This document shows, in pieces, positions 61,795-64,000 of a DNA stretch of 64,000 nt; the stretch's first letter is position 1, and each line of letters starts with the position of its first letter. The notes under the pieces were generated by a model. The model ran no database searches. It had not been told where the DNA came from and worked only from the letters and a program-made list of their open reading frames with translations. This DNA comes from Rhynchobatus australiae (taxonomy: Eukaryota): NCBI GenBank assembly GCA_034780895.1, contig JAUZTB010000033.1, positions 44,264,700-44,328,699 on the forward strand. Reading direction: 5' to 3'. Position numbers and translations under genes: made by a program.

Positions 61795-62345
61795 TTGGAA
61801 AATACAGCATCATGCAGCACAGAAACAAGCCCTTCACCCCAGTGAGTGTGCACCAATGATCATACACTCCATTTATACTAATCCTACATATGTGCCATTT
61901 TATTCTGCCCACATTCCCATCATCTCCCCCCAGATTCTACCAATCATCTACACTTGAGGGTCAATTTACAGCGGCCAATTAACCCACCGACTTGCATGTC
62001 TTTGGGACATAGGAGGAAACCGGAGCACATGGACGAAACTCCATGCAGTCATAGGGAGAATGTGCAAACTTCACACCTACAGCACTGGAAATCAGGTTTG
62101 AACTTGGGGTGGGATGGGGGTGGGGGTGGAATTGTCCACATTTTGGGTCAAAGCCCTGCAGAGTCCTCTGCTGGGCTTTGGCTCTGACAATTCCTTCCCA
62201 CCCACAGATGCTGCACAACTTGCTGTTCCTCCAGCAGATTGGGTGTTGCTCCAGATTATAGCATCTGCAGTCTCTTACATCTCCAGGTTCGAACTTGGGT
62301 CACTGGAACTGTGACACAGCAGCTCCACTTGTTGCATTAATTTGC
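61795..62345 (-). mobile_element. Full-length V-SINE (HE1-like) interrupted by an insertion
   Basis: Reverse-complement core gtctttgggacataggaggaaaccggagcac, CR1-like tail cagcacagaaacaagccc, tRNA head at about 62284-62345. Confidence 0.85.
62109..62283. mobile_element. Fold-back Penelope-like mini-element with 16-bp TSD inside the SINE B-box
   Basis: CAGGTTTGAACTTGGG (62093-62108) / CAGGTTCGAACTTGGG (62284-62299). The insert ends ...ctccagattatagcatctgcagtctc. Confidence 0.75.
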
Positions 62346-62679
62346 ACCCTTCCTGTCCTTGTATCAACAGACTGAAAATTTGATTTAATTAGATTCATTT
62401 TTAAATAATTATTTGTAATAAATTCTGATTTCAAAAAAAGCAGAAAGAAATTCCCATCAGAAATGTTACCACTGCCATGTGTAGTCTATAAATTGGAAGA
62501 AGGGAGATCACCACAACTGGCTTATAATTCATTTATGTCTACTAATCATTTCTTCTAGCGTTGCACACATTGAGTCATCAAATATTCCTCAGAAATTATA
62601 CTGCACCCAACAGGGTGTGTAAAAATGGCACAGATGTGGAGAACCTACCACCAAAGTCATTGGCTGCAATGGACAATGT

Positions 62680-63400
62680 ACTACACATTTCCATGGGTTA
62701 ATATGCACCCCGGTCCTCCACTCCCTATCTGAGGTTGGTTGGACCTGTGATCAAGCCAGGGCAAGTGGAAGAACAAAATAAGGCAACAGTGGCGAGGCGT
62801 GAATGGGGGGATCATTAGCCAGTCTGTGTGTGGTGAGCAAGCTGTGGCTTTGTGCCTGAAGATGTCAGAAGGACAAGGACCTGGGACTGGCACAATGTTG
62901 TGTATAGGAGAGGGCACAGCAATTGTAAGTGAGGGATCACTACAGGAATAGAGGATCAAAGGCTTAGGCATTGTGGAGGGTGGGTTGAGTACAGACCAGC
63001 TGCTGGTGCTCAAGACAGGGCATAGGTGGAGTGAAGAGAATCAGAGGCTGGAAGTAGGTGGAGGAATATGGTATTATGGGCTGGGACTAGATGGAAAAGT
63101 GAGGGATCAGAAGCTGGGAGCAGGTGCAGGAGCATGTTTCAGAGGCAGGAAGTAGATGGAGGAGTGAGGGTTTAGAGGCAGGGATAGGTGGTGTAGTCAT
63201 GATGAGAGGTCAGAGGGAGCCATTGATCGGGATGTGGATTGGTGTGGACCTTGCAATAAAGTGTGAGGACAGTGGGCAGGAGTTCCAAGCCCTGGAGTCT
63301 GTGGAGATCAGTGGACTGGAGACTGATGGCTTGGAGACAATGGATTGCTTGGGACTCGAGGGGCTGGGTCATGGCGGTTGGCTAGGTATCCACGTTTGTT
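62680..63400 (-). mobile_element. Probable decayed L2-like 5'/endonuclease-region relic
   Basis: Strongly G/purine-rich plus strand with no intact motif. The assignment is by resemblance only. Confidence 0.35.
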
Positions 63401-64000
63401 TTATTGTGAGGGTAAAGTGCGAAACTGTCTAAGAAAATAAGTAGTTTGCTTATCTTGTGTGTGTTCCAGATGTGCAGGACAGCAGAAAGATCCTCTTGAC
63501 CCAGAGTTATCCAATGATGGGCATTGTAAGACAATTTGGTTCACGTTTCTTTTCATTGCAAGGGGAATGCAAAATTTGATATTCACTTGCATAACACTGT
63601 GAAGAGTGTTAGGCAATTCAATTGCCAGGCATATGTTCCACAGGATATTCACACCTCAAGCTGCATACATTGTTCTATTCTGTCTTCATTGACTGCAAAG
63701 CATCTAGGGATGTTTTGAGCTCATGAAAGATGTTTTTACATCATGGCTGTTTCATACCTCAGCTCCATTTACCTGCTTTTGATTCATATTCTTTACTACT
63801 AATCTTACAGGAGCCAATAATTTAGTGATTGAATAAGTCAAACATTGTTTTATTATGAAGTATATTGGTATTTGTAAAGTTTATTAGTATTTATAGAATT
63901 CCAAGAATAAGTACATCATGTGGCTACCAGATCTGTGGCATTGACGTATGGCAAAAGTTTGTTTAATTACATAATTAATTTTATGCTTTGCTTTTTGAAA

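Noticed and set aside
1-64000. CRISPR arrays, operons or other prokaryotic systems
   Set aside because: The sequence is clearly vertebrate (spliced exons, CR1/SINE content), and I saw no regularly spaced repeat-spacer array.

Overview
Vertebrate genomic DNA, most likely from a cartilaginous fish (shark/ray-type CR1, V-SINE, Deu-SINE and Penelope-derived repeats), from a draft assembly with many N gaps. The only host gene I can support is a PHF21-family gene (PHF21A/BHC80-like) on the minus strand. It has a CpG-island promoter at about 57.7-59.2 kb and three short phase-0 coding exons (57640-57693, 56756-56788, 56320-56385) encoding [52 protein letters not shown] found no further exon, so positions 1-56319 appear to be one very large intron. 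That intron is filled with decayed CR1/L2 LINEs, SINEs, a solo LTR, the 5' end of a Gypsy element with a tRNA-Trp PBS, a Tigger/pogo transposase relic and several repeat-free blocks that look like conserved enhancers. A Tx1/L1 relic lies upstream of the promoter. The most notable observations are a family of short fold-back Penelope-like elements carrying degenerate minimal hammerhead-ribozyme motifs (two copies have 16-bp target-site duplications) and a 75-bp direct repeat bracketing the two small in-frame exons. No clearly unprecedented system is demonstrated. Protein and family identifications are from recalled sequence knowledge, not database searches.
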